A DNA stretch of 64,000 nucleotides, taken from NCBI RefSeq assembly GCF_036321535.1, contig NC_087437.1, forward strand, positions 34,846,001 through 34,910,000, given 5' to 3'. Under the pieces are notes generated by a model. That model was given only the letters and a program-made list of their open reading frames with translations. It ran no database searches and was not told the DNA's origin. This DNA is from Camelus dromedarius. Taxonomy: Eukaryota. Numbering within the stretch: the first letter of the stretch is position 1; every line of letters starts with the position of its first letter. This document shows, in pieces, positions 38,061-51,759 of this stretch. A program made the translations under genes and the position numbers.

Positions 38061-39269
38061 GATGGCTTCCAGAACCCAAATTGAGCCAGAACCTGACCTC
38101 TGCTATTTCTGCATGGCCAGCCCACTGAATGTCTGGCTTGTAACTGAATTATTGATCGAGGTACAGTGTACACTGCTGTTACCACGAGGCTTTTTTCCTT
38201 TGCATGTTTTGTTTTGTTTTATACATGAGGATGTAGAATTATAAACAGTGCCTGGCATCAGGTAATAGTTCAGTAAGTGTTAGCTGATATTATTATTCTA
38301 TGCTTATAAATAAAAATGATATTTCTGCTATTGCCTCCATAATGAATGTCTAACATAAAATTTATTACCAGGCATATTGGTCTCAGGTGATGCCTAGCAA
38401 CAATATCCCAAGGCTTGTCAGCAACTAGGTGACTTATGGAGCAGGATTTCCTAATCTCGATTACTCTAGGGTTTGATAAATTATCTCATTCTCTACCACA
38501 GAGTTGGGTAGGGGGAAAGGAAGTCAGATAAGAAAATATGGGATCTGAGTGACAACCTTTCATACTAAAGAGGGTCAGAGAAGAAATGGTCACAAGGTAG
38601 TAAAAAAATTGCCTCTTGCCTGCCCGAGATCTGCCATTTGGAAAATACTGTTCTGGTCATGATTTTAAACCATCCACAGCTGATGGCCTACGCTGGGGGA
38701 GCTTTGTAAAACTAGATCTCTCAGGACTCAACCCTGGAGACTGATCTGGTCAATGGGGAGGGGCCCAGATGCCCAGAGTAAGTGTGATGAGTAGCTGGAC
38801 ATGAAAACTGCAGTCATCAACCTCTGTGGTTTACAGATGGGCAGATGCCACAGTAAGAACACAGAGCAGCAGTTCAGGCACATTCACACCATAAAAAAAT
38901 GAATATTTGAATGGTATGTACAGACATACAGGTGTTCACACCTGTCCCTCCTTTCGAAGACAGAGCCTTTCTGGACTCTTCCGGTAGCACAGCTAACAGG
39001 TCCGCCTCAGTTCTTCATTTTTCTCTCATCAGGGACTCATACACAAAGCCTGCTCTTTCCTCCCCAATACCAACCCCCCTCCCTTGCTTCCCCCTTTTTC
39101 TTCCACTGCTCATTAATTTCGCTTTGAACCTTTTCTGTCTCATGCATATGAACAAATTCATCCTGACACCTTTGCTAGTCTCTTTGCAAATCTTACTCAA
39201 GATTTACTTGGAAGGAAAATATTCTATTTATCCATGAATAAAAATAACCTTAAATATAGTTGAGAAATT

Positions 39270-41200
39270 ATATTCATTTATGCGAGAAGTAGTTACCGGG
39301 CACCTACTACATGCCAGGCACAGTTCTAGGTTCTAGGAATTCAACTGTGAACAAGCCAGACAAGTTCCCTGCCCTCATGGAGTGTACAGTGTCGTGCAGG
39401 AGACCACATGATGACCTGACAGCAGGCCGAGTGGAGGTAAGTGCCGTGGAGAAATTAAAGCAGGTCAGGGCACTGGAGCTTGGTGGGTGGGGCCAGGAGA
39501 GGCCGAGGTGAGCGGGCAAGGAAAGCCTCTGAACAGAGGCCTGATGGGGTGAAGAAGTGAGCCCATCTCAGACCTGCAGGGAAAGCGCTCCGAGCCCAGT
39601 GACCAGGAGATGCTGGGGCAGGAATGAGTTCGGCCTGTTCAAAGAATGACAGCATGAGCGAGGCAGGGGGCGCGAGGGATGAGGAGAGCCATGAGGCTTA
39701 TTGCAAACACTATTCAGTGGTGGTGGAAGGTGAAGGACAAAGGTTGACAATTGGATTTGGCAAGATACAGGCTGTCCATGCCCTCCACGGGAGCAGTTTT
39801 GGTGAGAACACAAACCTCTGAAGTGGGTTAAGGAGAAACTGTGGAAGGTGAGAAAGTGGACATTTTAAGTAAAGACAGATTTTTCTTGCAATTTGCCGTA
39901 AAGATGAGCAAAGAGAGGCACCAGTAGCCAGGGGGTTTTAGGTATTTCGGTACAGATTTGTTTAAGATGAGAGAAATAACAGCATCCCGGTATGCTAATG
40001 AGTGACCCTCTAGAAGGGGAGAAACTGATGATGCAGGAGACAGCATAATAATTGCAAGATGAAAGCTCTTGAGTAGATGAGGGAGTTAGGAACAAGGAGG
40101 AAGACAGGCAAGAGTTTTTTGATTCTGGTGGGTAATAAATTGATCATGGGAGAATTCCTGAGTTTTCTCTGGTCGCATCTCTTTTCTTAGTAAAATGGGT
40201 AAGGTTATAGCTGAGAATAAAAATGGTTTTGGAAATTTGAGAAAAGGGGGAAATATGTGCATTGTCCACCCAGAGACTGAGAGACTGAATTAACTAAGAA
40301 AATATAGTAGAAATGCAGTGATGAGTATCCTGAGATTTATGGTCATAAATTTAAGGTGAGTCAGGAAGATTGTGTTCATAGAGTGCACATGTGAAGGCAA
40401 AAGAAGGTTCAATTTAACCAGATTTGGAGATTTTCTAAGCCAGGCAACAGAGGGAAAAATAAGGGAAGAATTTCTGTGTTTGGCAGAGTAAGAGAGATAT
40501 GAGGACTTAAGGGAGGAGTGAGGGACAGTGAAAAAGTGGTAGAGCTAATGGATCAGAAGTTCTGTTGGGCTGAAGAATTACTGGAGTCCAAGTGCCAGTG
40601 AGAGTGATCTGGAAAATTAGGAGGTGGTAGTTGGAGAAAAAGATGCTTCAAGTCAAGATTTCAGGAGTGGTTCAAGATTCACTAAGGGCTTCTAATGGAT
40701 GGTCTCTGGTTGGTGGCAATGCCAGTCGCAGAGAAGGTGAGAGAGAGAGATGCTAGTCCTCCTGTCCAGCAGGAGGACAGTAAATGACTGCAACATAGAG
40801 CAGGGGGTCAAACAGTCTAACTGCAGGTGCTTCCAAGGAGCTGGATGCTTGCAGGAGAGGAGGTGGTGTGGAAGCAGCATTGAGGAGCAGAGAAGAGCTC
40901 AGCCCTGCCCTTAGATCCTTTGGGGTTAGGGGCATGAGAGAAGACAGAGCCAGGCTTCAGGTGGAACCTAGAAGTGGAAGGGAACGATCAAAAAAGAGTT
41001 TTGAGCATCAGGAGATTTTGCCAGTAAGCAGTTCCAGTGGACATAGTGGAAAGGTCGGAAAGGGGACAGAGAAAGGGAGAAATAGGAGATGGGGGACAGC
41101 TTAGTGGGATGTATAGAAGCGAACTGGGATGTGTCCTGATGGTGAGACTGGGACTTTTCGTGATGATGCGGTAAACAGAGACATACAAAATGGTGAATGT
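39270..41200 (-). mobile_element. L2 LINE (3' end plus decayed body)
   Basis: gcacctactacatgccaggcacagttctagg...ccctgccctcatggag followed by a long purine-rich L2-type tract; the right boundary is uncertain. Confidence 0.7.
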
Positions 41201-41829
41201 TGATCTTTTAGGGGAACTTGAGTGTGACCTCCTTTTAGAGACTCTTTCTGGCCCAGAGATTGCTGGTTGCCCATCCTTCTATCTTAGAACCTGATTTTTA
41301 TTTGGGCACAATGCTATCTAGAATAAAAACCATATTCCCCAGGTTTCCTTGCAGCCACATTGGGCCTTGTGGGACTTCTTAAGACTGCTTGAGATTCAGA
41401 GGCTAGGACAGGTTTGCCTGATTACCTGGCTTGGGCCATGTGCTAGTTGCCAGCTGTCACAAAGGGAGTATCTGGGCTGTTTGCAATGCATCAGGTCAAA
41501 CAAGCTACATGCCCAACAGTAGGGAATAACTGCAGTAAGCTAAAGGTTCAAGATAACCTGTAATAACCTAAAAACCCACCTACTAAGGATCAGTTAGAAC
41601 TTCAATGCTTATAAATAAGTGATTAGATGGAAAAATGAAATGTCTAAAAACCTGAATGACCTAAATGTACTTCAACCTTACACATAAAATTTGAAAATAT
41701 AAACAATAAAGGCGAGCAAACATAATTGCCTTAAACTGTATTAGAAAAACATTGAAAATAGAGAACAATACACAGATCCCCCTAGAAACTCAGATTTGGG
41801 GGAGTTGTGGTTTATTTTTTAACGTTTTA

Positions 41830-42205
41830 TCTTATTTATTATAAAAGCAATGGAGTTTTGTTCTAGTGAAATCAGAAAGTACAGACTACCAGAAGTAGAT
41901 TTAAAAATCCACAATTCTGTTTAGAGACAAATACTGCTTCTACCATCATATATATATTTTTTGCCAGAATCCATTTTCTATACATATATAATCATATCTT
42001 ATTATCTTCTGTAAAGCTGGAGTCATTCTGTACATGCTGTTTTATAACTTACTATCATTTATTTAAACCACCCACGAATTTTGGATGTTTCAGTTACTCC
42101 AGTGAATCCCTATTATGGGCTTTTAATTTGTTCTGGCTAATCCTTCATGTACTGTTAGACATTCAGGTTGTTCTTACTTTTCACTGTTGACAACAGTAGG
42201 AATAC
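41830..42205 (-). mobile_element. Ancient L1M 3' fragment
   Basis: cattctgtacatgctgttttataactt...gacattcaggttgttc. Confidence 0.4.
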
Positions 42206-42638
42206 TCGTTTAAACACGAATTAGGAATTACATGGCGGAACAGAAGTAATTTAAGCCAATACAAAAAAAGTGAAGTCTATAGAGGAGATTCTCCTAACCC
42301 ACCTCCACTTAACTGACTTGTCGGATTAACTGAGTGTTTCTGGTCCGCTGACTGACACCCCTGGGAAGCTGAACCCTCCCCTAAGACAGCTACTTTCTCG
42401 AACCTACTTTGCTGGAATGTCAGCTCTGCCAGGGCTAGGAATTTTGTCTTATTTAATGATATATTCTCTAAATGCTTTAGAACATGCTTGGCATTTATTA
42501 AATGACTGAATGAAAAAATAAATAAGGAGAAATATGTAAAAATCAAAAGTATTCTGCTTGCAGATCGTTTTTCGCATGTGTCTTTAAGTGGATGACGTTT
42601 TACTGTGCTCAGAGAATCTGAAACTGGACACCCAAGAT

Positions 42639-42805
42639 CAGTGGTTCTCAGACCTAAGCACACATCAGAATCATCTGGAGAGCTCAGCCCCACCTTGGGG
42701 TCTGACTCCGTGAATCTGGAGTGGGCCCTGAAAATTCATCTTTCTGTCATGTTCCCAGGTGATACCGATGCTGCTGGTCCTGGGAACACATTTTGAAAAG
42801 AACTG
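42639..42805. mobile_element. MER5A
   Basis: cagtggttctca...catcagaatcatctggag...gttcccaggtgataccgatgctgctggtcc...ttttgaaaagaactg. Confidence 0.88.
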
Positions 42806-42916
42806 TCCCAAATAATACCCAGATGAGTGTGGTTTATGTGAAAAGACAGTCTTGGACTTAGATATCGGGCAACTACCAGTCTCAGGTGTGCTGACTAAGG
42901 GAGTTCCTACTGTCCT

Positions 42917-43336
42917 TAGGGACCCAGGAAAACTGAGTAACTCACCAAAATGGCAGAAGCCTTCACCTTAGATACCATCTGCAGCTAAAGAGGATGTTGG
43001 GGTTGTGGTTTGGGACTTAAAAAAAAGGTGAAGGCAATTCACATGGAGATGGAAAAGCAAGTATTTGGTAAACACATGTTGGCTGGGCCATGCAGAGACA
43101 AGGGGACACAAAATGGACTTGATTTCTAGGCCCTGCTCTTACCCCCACCACACTTGGCCCATATTCTTTGCAGAGATCTCTTGTGATAGCTCTATTCCAG
43201 GATCAGGCCCTCCGTCTAAATTCTTCTAGGCATTTAGGAAGAAGATTTCTTCCTGAGTCTTTAGGTCTTCTTTTCAACTCAAAAAAATCCTCATGCCAAA
43301 GAGATATTATGGGATGGCAAATTTTATTCCCCAACA
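42917..43336 (-). mobile_element. ERV1-type (MER34/MER39-like) LTR, 3'-truncated
   Basis: Minus strand starts TGTTGGGGAATAAAATTTGCC and aligns to the LTR at 45551-46102, with identical blocks up to 26 nt. Confidence 0.85.
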
Positions 43337-44056
43337 CTGGCAAGGGAGGCTGCAAAAGTGAGTTTCTGGGCTTTTTGGTGTCTGTAGCAGGAGGTAGACT
43401 CTGGCTCCCACTGGTTATTAAAGTGATGAAGATACCCCCATATTTATTAACTATCCACTGGAGATGACTTGTGATTTTTTGACCTTGAGTGAAAGGGAGA
43501 ATGATAATGCTGTTGGCAGACATTAGGATGTTAACAGGGGAATCCAGATTGGGAAACCATTTTGTTGTATACTTCTACATGTGTCTGTTATGGCTATTGT
43601 AAGTTTGCCATAGGAAATCTGGGCAGTTCCAAACAATCACATTGTCAGATGCCACATGGGCTGTTTTAATGACTAATTTGTCATCTTAAGAACAATCTTA
43701 GATCTGGCTTGAACTAGATGAACTCCAGGTCTTGGTAGCTGGTTTTACTCTGGCTCTAAAATTCTCTTGATGGGATTAAAGGCGGGGGGGGGGTAGGGGT
43801 GGAGTCATTTGGACAAGCAGGAGGCAAAGAAGCATATATATTTTGTAGTTTAGCTGTTCTAGTATTATAAATTACTTCTTCTCATCTCAATTAAATAATA
43901 ACCTATTACTGACAATCTCTAAATAAATTGATGCATGTCCTAAAGAACCTACTGGGTTGACTGAAAACCATGGGAAGCAGGATCCTAGTCTCATATACAA
44001 GGAAATAGGTTTGATGAAAACTTCAAAAGAGAATATCACAGAACCTACTTGGAAAA

Positions 44057-44101
44057 TATAATAGAAGACTATAATAGAATATAATAGAAAATATAATAGA
44101 A
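44057..44101. repeat. Short tandem array of tataatagaa, 4 copies
   Basis: Copies start at 44057, 44070, 44080 and 44092. Confidence 0.9.
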
Positions 44102-45104
44102 GAAAAGTTAACATGTAGCTAAAAGCTCCTATTGTACAGACTACTTTGAATATGTAAGTAGCTTTTGCATTCATGACAAATAACATTACTGGAAAAATTT
44201 CACTCAGTTGGAAGACGTTTCCACATTCCAGTTTCCACATTAACAACAACATAATGAAAGTGCCCCAAGTTGTAGTGAAATCACCACAAACACCATACTT
44301 ATGCAAAACAGGATTGATTGTCACCTGGGACTCACTAATCTAATTGTTCAGCACCTGTGCCTTCCTGGTTGTTAATGTTTTTATTACACCCCGCTAGAGT
44401 ATGTATTTATTTGCTAAATAACAAAAAGTACCAATTAATATAATAGGAACAAAACACATAAAATATTATTTAATCTCATGTGGCTCTTATCATTGTTACT
44501 CTTGTACTTCCCTCTCCCTGCCCTCCCTTTTTTTTCTTTCACAGCAAATCATAAAGGTGACTTTGTCATCACCTTCATTAGAGTCAGAATTCAGAAGGAC
44601 TTTTTTCAGGGAAACTTTTGACAGGCATCTTGGAAGAGCTGTCTGGGGAAACTTGGAGCCCCTAGGTGACATTTTAGGAAACTGAGCAAGAATGTTTAAA
44701 TTTATTGGCATCATTAGCAAAGCTGTTAAAAAGTCTTTTCCTTACTGTACATTTTTATGAAGAATAAATATTGTCCATTAAGTTCTATCTCTGTAATTCA
44801 GGGGTCACTGTGGGTGGAAAGTGATATGATCCCGGGAAGCCCAGAACTGGCAGGGTTGACCTGAAAGTTATTTCATAATGGCACTGATTAATAGTGAGTT
44901 ACAAAGGAACGTGGCTTTTTAATAAAGAACTTGCCCTGTAAGAGAATGGATTTCAGTTTTTATGACGCTATTGAAATTTTTTTAAAAGTTGCTTTGGAAA
45001 GGAGCCACCTTTTCTCAGTAAAGGCCACTCGATATGACAGGGTTGCTACCTCTTGGCAAAACAAACACAGTTTCGGTACAAAGTGGGGTCAAGTGTAAAT
45101 ACGC

Positions 45105-45325
45105 TAATAATAGCTTAGATTGTCTAGCACATTCTGTGTGCCTACATCTTTTACACATTCTAGATGTAGTAACTCATTTAATCTTCCCAACCACTCTGTG
45201 TGGGAGGACTAATTCATTTGTTCATTTTTATAGATGAAGAGACTGGAGCACAGAGAGGGAGAGTTGCCTTGCTTAAGACCGCATCGCCTGTATGTAACTG
45301 CTGGTAGTCCGGCTCCAGAGCCGAT
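45105..45325 (-). mobile_element. MIR SINE
   Basis: aactcatttaatcttc...cattttatagatgaagagactggagcacagagagg. Confidence 0.8.
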
Positions 45326-45550
45326 AGACAGTAAAGCTTTATGTCATATAGTATTGGACATAGTAAACCATATTTCACTGCCCTAGTCTGTCTGTGGCTC
45401 ATAATACTCATTTTGAATCCAGATTATTGCACAGAGTGGACAGAAGGAAAAAAGAACCTCTTAAACCCCAGCTATTGCTTCCCAGGGTATCACTTCATAT
45501 GTGCTCAATGTTTTCTTTCCAGTCCTCTCACCTTGATACTAGGGTTTCTG

Positions 45551-46102
45551 TATAGAGGAGCAAACTTTTCTACCCCAAAATATGTCTCTTTGGCATGAAG
45601 ATTAATGTAGGTTGATTGTTTTTAAGAAAACTCAGGAAGTTTTTCTTGTTACCTCTCCCTTAACTGCCTAAAAGAATTTAGATACAGGACCTGTTCCTGG
45701 AATAGAGCTATCACCAGAGATCTCTGCAAAGAGTATATATAGACCAAGTGTGGTGGGGGAAACAGCAGGGCCTAGAAATCAAGTCCATTCTCTGTCCTTT
45801 TGTCTCTGCAGGGCCCAGCATACCTGTGTTTATCAAACATTTGCTTTTCATCTCCATATGAATTGCCTTCTCCTTTGAAGTGCTAAACCACTACCCCCAC
45901 CGTCCTGTTTTGTCTTTAGCTTGGAGATAGTATTTAAGGTGAGGGTTTCAGACATTGCTACTCAGTTTTCCTGGGTCTCTCCCATGTATGTGTGTTATTA
46001 ATCTTTTGATTTTTTTCCTGTTAATCTATCTCATGTCAATTTAATTCTTAGACCAGCCAGAAGAACTTAGAAAGGTAGAGGAAAATTTCTTCCTCCCTGA
46101 CA
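45551..46102 (+). mobile_element. Complete ERV1-type (MER34/MER39-like) solo LTR
   Basis: Starts tatagaggagc (TG mutated to TA) and ends ccctgaCA. 4-bp TSD tctg at 45547-45550 and 46103-46106. TATA-like tatttaa near 45931. Confidence 0.88.
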
Positions 46103-46499
46103 TCTGCTACACTGTTAGCAGATTGCTGCTATGCCAGGCATAATCATTTTTTAGATGCAACCACCTTGATCCTCCAACTCTGACCTTAGCAAGGACATAG
46201 CTTCCTGTAATTCCTCAGAGTTTAATTGAAATCACCTAGTGACTTTCAAATTTCTGCTCACATGCCCAATTTACGATGCCAATATCTCAATCTGAGGCTT
46301 CTATAATTTAGGTCATTTTGCTTGTTCAAGACTTCACCAAAAACAAGGCAAAGGTTCTTACATTTAGCTCACTAAAACTCTCTTTCTCAGAATCAAGAGA
46401 GAATGTGCAGCCCAATTCAAAAATATTCAAATGAAAGTGGCAGTTTTATGGCTTCAAAATCTTTTGTGTATTTGTATTCCAAGTACTGAGTTACAGGTG

Positions 46500-47110
46500 T
46501 TTTTCCTTCCCAAGACTGAGGTGATCCAGAGCAGCATCTGTCGTGTTCACATTTGCAGCCATAGAATCTAGCACATAATAGACATTTAGTATATGTTTGT
46601 TATATGAAGAGATGATTGAATAAGCAGGTCATAAAAAGGAACAGTTCTTTGATACAGCAAGTTGATAATGAAAGATTTGAATATACATGTACTTTAAGTA
46701 ATTAGAGGTTCGAGGCAAGAAATTGGATGAAGCTACACTTACACTCAGATTTCCAATAGAGACTTTGAAGCTGAAGCTATAACTCAAAACAGTGAAGGAT
46801 GGCGAAGCAAAGAATGAACCTTAAAGAACACATACAAAGTATAGAAGAAGGTGATCTAGCAAAGGAGCTAGTGAAGTAACATTCAAAGAGGTTAGAAGCA
46901 GTTCAAGAACATGCATATATCAGAAGCTAAGAAAGAAATGTTTCAAAATGTGACCAGTAAAAGCCAACAAACACATGACCAGTAAGCAGGGTCAAATATA
47001 TAATAAGGAAAATCAAGAAAAACGAGGATGAGAAGGCCACTGAATTTGGCAACAACAACAACAACAACAAAATGTTATTAAAGGCTTTTAAAAGTAAATT
47101 TCCAGTGGAG
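46500..47110. mobile_element. Decayed L2 fragments
   Basis: ctagcacataatagacatttagta (L2 3' end, +) and gaggatgagaaggccactgaatttggcaac (L2 body, -). Confidence 0.5.
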
Positions 47111-47472
47111 TAGTCTGTTTTTCACATTTCTGGTTTATGTATTGCATTGATTTCTAAGAAAAACTGTTTCCCAGTATGTAGTGTTTTGCCATTTTTATAA
47201 GATATACTGGAGACATTTACCAACTAAAAATAATCATCTGGGTTGATCCCAGGTTTACTGGCATCATTTTAGGAATGTCTCCCCAGTAGCACTGTGGAGT
47301 ACATTCTTAAACATCATTGGATTTTTTTTTTCCTTTCTGCCAACACTTTACACAACTTGAAGATGTATCTGACTAAAACCTCTTTAATCCATCAGTGACC
47401 ACATTAAAGGCTATGCTGGGTGCTTCCTTTCAGGGAATGATAAAAATACCAGATAATTTCTCAGTTATACAA

Positions 47473-47835
47473 GGAATCAAAAAAAAAAAAAAAAAAAAAC
47501 AGAAACAAAAAGCTCAGAGATACAGAAAGATTGGTGGTTGTTGAGGATGAAGGGAGTCAAAAGGTATAAACTTCCGGCTATAAAATAAATAACTCATGGG
47601 AATGTACTGCACAGCATGGCAACTATAGTTAATAAGACTGTATTGCATATTTGCAAGTTGCTAAGAAAGAAAATCTTAAAAGTTCTCACAAGAAAAAAAA
47701 TCTAACTGTGGTAATGGATGTTAGCTAGACTTATCGTAGTGATCTTTTTGCAGTATATACAAATATTGAATCATTATGTTGTACACCTGAAACCAATATA
47801 ATGCTGTATGTCAATTAAACCTCAGTTTTAAAAAA
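47473..47835 (+). mobile_element. L1MA-type 3' UTR fragment
   Basis: acagcatggcaactatagttaataa...aagttgctaaga...tgttgtacacctgaaaccaatataatg. Confidence 0.85.
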
Positions 47836-48409
47836 CAGATTATTGAAGAATTAATTTTATTAACTAAAATTCAGATGTATTTAAACTGTTCCTTAGGAAT
47901 TTAATTTCAAGAACATGGTTTGAGTCTACTTCAAACTATTAAGATTTAAGATTGTCTATAAATAATTGTCATTTTTTATTATCTAATAACAATAATTGTT
48001 TCTTCCTTTCACATGTTATTCTAAGAATCACAGACCAATTATTATGTAGCCAATTCTCAGAGCATTCTATAGACTAAATTGCAAAAAAAACACCCTAGGA
48101 ACTAAAAGCCTGTGGTTTTAAAGCAAACAAAACCAGCTTTTCCCAATGATAGGAAAATACATGAAACTCTATATTATGTATTTATATATCAGGCCCAGCC
48201 ATAAAAAATTATATCTTAAATATAATTTAAGATGCCCCTAAGGCCTTCTTTTTCCTCCTATTAAAAACATCACTAGTTATCAATGCCCTCAAGCTTCTTT
48301 CTTCTCTCTCCTAATTAGAATTGGAAAAGATCTTTTATCAACCACTCATAACATAATGTGAAGTTAATGTGAACCCTCCTAAGGTATTTACATTTTAAGC
48401 AGTTTTCTA

Positions 48410-48650
48410 ATTTATGTATTTATTCACCTAATAAATATTTATTGAGCTTTCTGCATAATACTGGTTTCTGTGGGAAATAAAGGTGAATTTGATATGAAAG
48501 CTACTCTTTGAAGTAGCAGGATATGTATGCAATTAACTATGTTCTAAGGTTTTAAAAAGTGAGGAGTACAGGTTTTCTAGAGTTCAGGGAAAGGAGAGAG
48601 CCAGCTCAAGCTCAGCGTGGGTAAGTGTTATGGAAAGAGTGGTAGCTGAG
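48410..48650 (-). mobile_element. L2 3' end fragment
   Basis: tattcacctaataaatatttattgagc. Confidence 0.5.
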
Positions 48651-48654
48651 AGGG

Positions 48655-48892
48655 TAGCTCAGCATAGCAATTAAAAATGTGATCTTCAACCAGCCTTGCC
48701 TGGGTTTAAATCCTCTGTCACTTACTGAGTAACTTTGGGCAAGTTACTAAGTAAGCTGTCTGTGACTCAGTTTCCTTACCTAGGAAATGAAAATAATAGT
48801 GTTTACCTTATGAATCTCTTCTGAGTATTAAGTGAGTTATGACATGTAAAGCACTTAGAACATAAGTTCCTCACAAAGGTTTAGCTGTTATT
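48655..48892 (+). mobile_element. MIR SINE, near full length
   Basis: cctgggtttaaatcc...ctttgggcaagttact...ctcagtttcc...tgtaaagcacttagaaca. Confidence 0.85.
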
Positions 48893-48974
48893 CTTTAGAC
48901 TGGACCTTGAAAGATAGATAGGACTGAGACTTGCAAAAATGAGTGAGAATGAAATAAATTTCAGAAGAAGCAAA

Positions 48975-49145
48975 GATTAAAATATAAAAATTTAAATCTT
49001 AGAAGAAATCTGAGTAAGTTTTGCTTATAATCTCAAGGTAGGAAAGGTCTTCCTAAGTATGACTCCAGATCTAGAAGCTATGAATGAAAAGGCTGATGAA
49101 TTACCACTAAAATAAAAAATTGCATTAATAATACCATAAATGTCA
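48975..49145 (+). mobile_element. Old L1 ORF2 fragment
   Basis: cttagaagaaa...gtaggaaaggtcttcctaagtatgac. Confidence 0.5.
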
Positions 49146-49239
49146 CTAAACTTTTGCAGAATTAAATATAGACCAAAAAAGATAAACTTAAGTATTAACT
49201 ATCTGCTTATCTGATTATTTTTAAAAAGTAAAGTTTGAG

Positions 49240-50340
49240 TATAAAACAATATAACTCCTAGAAGTAAACAGGGGGAAAGCTTCATGACACTGGATTTGGC
49301 AATAATTTTGTGGATATGGCAACAAAAGCAAAAAATAAATAGCAAAAATACATCAAACTTTAAAAAGTTCTGCACATCAAAGGAAATAATCAATGGAATG
49401 AAAAGGCAGCCTATAGAATAGGAAAAAACAACTGCAAATCATACATCTAATAAGGGATTAATATCCAGAATATACAAAGAACTTTTCCAACTCAACAACA
49501 AAACCTGATTTAAAAACAGACAAAGACTTTAGTAGATATTTCTCCAAAAAAGATATAAATGGTCAACAAGCATATGAAAAGATGTAGTGCTACTAATCAT
49601 CAGAGAAGTACAAATCAAAACCACAGTGAGATACCACCTCAAACCTGTTAGGATGGCTACTATCAAAAAGACAAAACACATGAAACAGGAAATAACAAGT
49701 GTTGGTGAGGATATGGAGAAACTGGAACCCTTTGCTGGTGCTGAATGGTAGTGGGAATGTAAAATGGTGTAGCTACTATGGAAAACAGTATGGAGGTCAC
49801 ACAAAAAACTAAAAATAGAATTACTGTATGATCCAGCAATCCCACTTCTAGTAATATATCCAGAAGAATTGAAATCAGGATCTTGAAGCAGTATCAGCAC
49901 AGCCATGTTCACTGCAACATTGTTCACAATGGCCAGGAGGTAGAAACAGCCCAGATGTTCATCAATAGATGAATGGATAAAGAGAAAGTAGTATATGCAT
50001 ACAACGGGGTATTATTCAACCTTTAAAAAGAAGGAAATCTTATCACATGCTGCAGTATGGATAAACCTTGAGAACATTATCCCAAATGAAATAAGCCAAT
50101 CACAAAAGGACAAATGTATGATTCCACTTATATGAGATACTCTATATCTCATATAATGCTAGAGAGTGGTCAGATTTATGGAAACACAAAGTAGAATGGT
50201 GTATGCAAGCGGCTAGGGTGGGAGAAATGGAGACTTGTTCAGTTGATATAGAGTTTTCATTTTAAAGGATGAAAAAGTTCTAAAGATCTGTTACACAACA
50301 TGAATATAGTTAACTGAACTGTACAATTACAAATGGTTCA
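49240..50340 (+). mobile_element. L1M (L1MA/MB-like) ORF2 end and 3' UTR; host of the full-length L1
   Basis: caaatcaaaaccacagtgagataccacctc...gatccagcaatcccacttct...ctgaactgtaca; continues at 57328-57370. Confidence 0.9.
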
Positions 50341-51759
50341 AGGGGGGTGGATCAAGATGGCAGAGAAGGAGGACATGGCACTCACCTCCCCCCACAAGCA
50401 CATCAAAAGTACGTCTACCTATAGAACAATTTTCACTGAAAACTGGCAGATCTCGTACACAATCTAAGCTGCGAGAAAGATCCTCACGTAACTGGTAGGA
50501 TGGGGGTGGAAAAAAGGCATCAGGACTGGCGCCCCTGGGAGGGATCTGTGGACGAGGGGGGTCCCCATGGGCAGGCTCTCATCCTGGGAAGCCTCTTGCT
50601 TGCTGAGAAGTCCACTGGGACAGAAAGAAGGGCTGGAGGAGGCTGGACTCTGATCACGAGGAGTGCATGTGTGCTAGCTTACTAGCAATCAGCTCAGAGA
50701 GAGACCAGCAAGCTGACAGCTGCCACCTCACTGCACTTCCGAGCTCAGTATGCTCTCTGGGCAGAGCTATTAGTACGCTCAGTGGCTAGGTGCTGAAACT
50801 TGAGCAGGAGGGTCCTGGGAGAGGACTCGGTCTAGCTGTACAGAGACAGCCCAGGGGGCATGGAGCGTGATCCAGGCTGAATCTGGAGCCCATTGTCAGC
50901 TTGCACACAGCAGGTGCAGGTCCACCAGTGGGTCCCATTGTCAGAACACACATGGCAAGGAATGGGTCTGGGATTGGGTCCAGCAGCAGTGGACCTTGTT
51001 GTTGCTCATACCAGGTGGCATCACAGAGTCTTACATCTCTAGTGGACAGCCCCTGGGGAGGAGGATGCAGCAGTTTCTTTCCTGGTGAGAGCCCTCCAGT
51101 CCCACCCACTCACACTGCAGCTTGGAGCCAGATCTGAGGAGCACAAGTCATGGAAAATACCTCCTACAGAGGCTGCCCAGGTCCCAGGTGGCAGTACAAT
51201 CTCCTCAGTTCCTGCAGCCACAACACCCCAGCCCCCAGTGCCAGCCTAACACTAGCTCTGGGATGAACACAATATGAAATGCGATGTGACCTTAGCTGCT
51301 TCTGAGCAGAACTGCAGATGCCTATCCTGGCAGCACATAGATTCCTTGTGATCACAGGGGCCTCATCTGCTTCAGCACTCACTTTCTTTCAGACAGAGCC
51401 GACACTTAAGGGCAACAGAGCTTTATAAGACCTGATCCTCAGGGTTTCAACTCCAACAACTGGGGAGCAGACCCTGGCCCCGAAAGAGCTGTGACAGCCA
51501 GAGAGCAAAGAGGAGGCCCCAACCAACATCCAGTGCAGGCTCTGGACACCACAGCACCAATCACACCCACTATTAAGGGGATATCAGCCAGCACACTCTG
51601 AGGACAGATGTGGCTGGCACTGATACCAAGAACAGCCATCATACCAAAAATATTGGACTCACACATTCTACACAGGGACACTTCCACATCAAAATATTCC
51701 TTTAAGACCACAGTAGATAAATTTCCCTATCACTATGAATTTATAAGAAACAGTTAAGT

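Noticed and set aside
43887..44324. 145-aa hydrophobic ORF on the minus strand
   Set aside because: Hydrophobicity reflects T-rich composition and the tataatagaa array; no homology recognised.
42917..46102. Single provirus bounded by the two LTRs
   Set aside because: The LTRs are inverted, the + LTR has its own TSD, and the spacer shows no gag/pol/env and contains a MIR.
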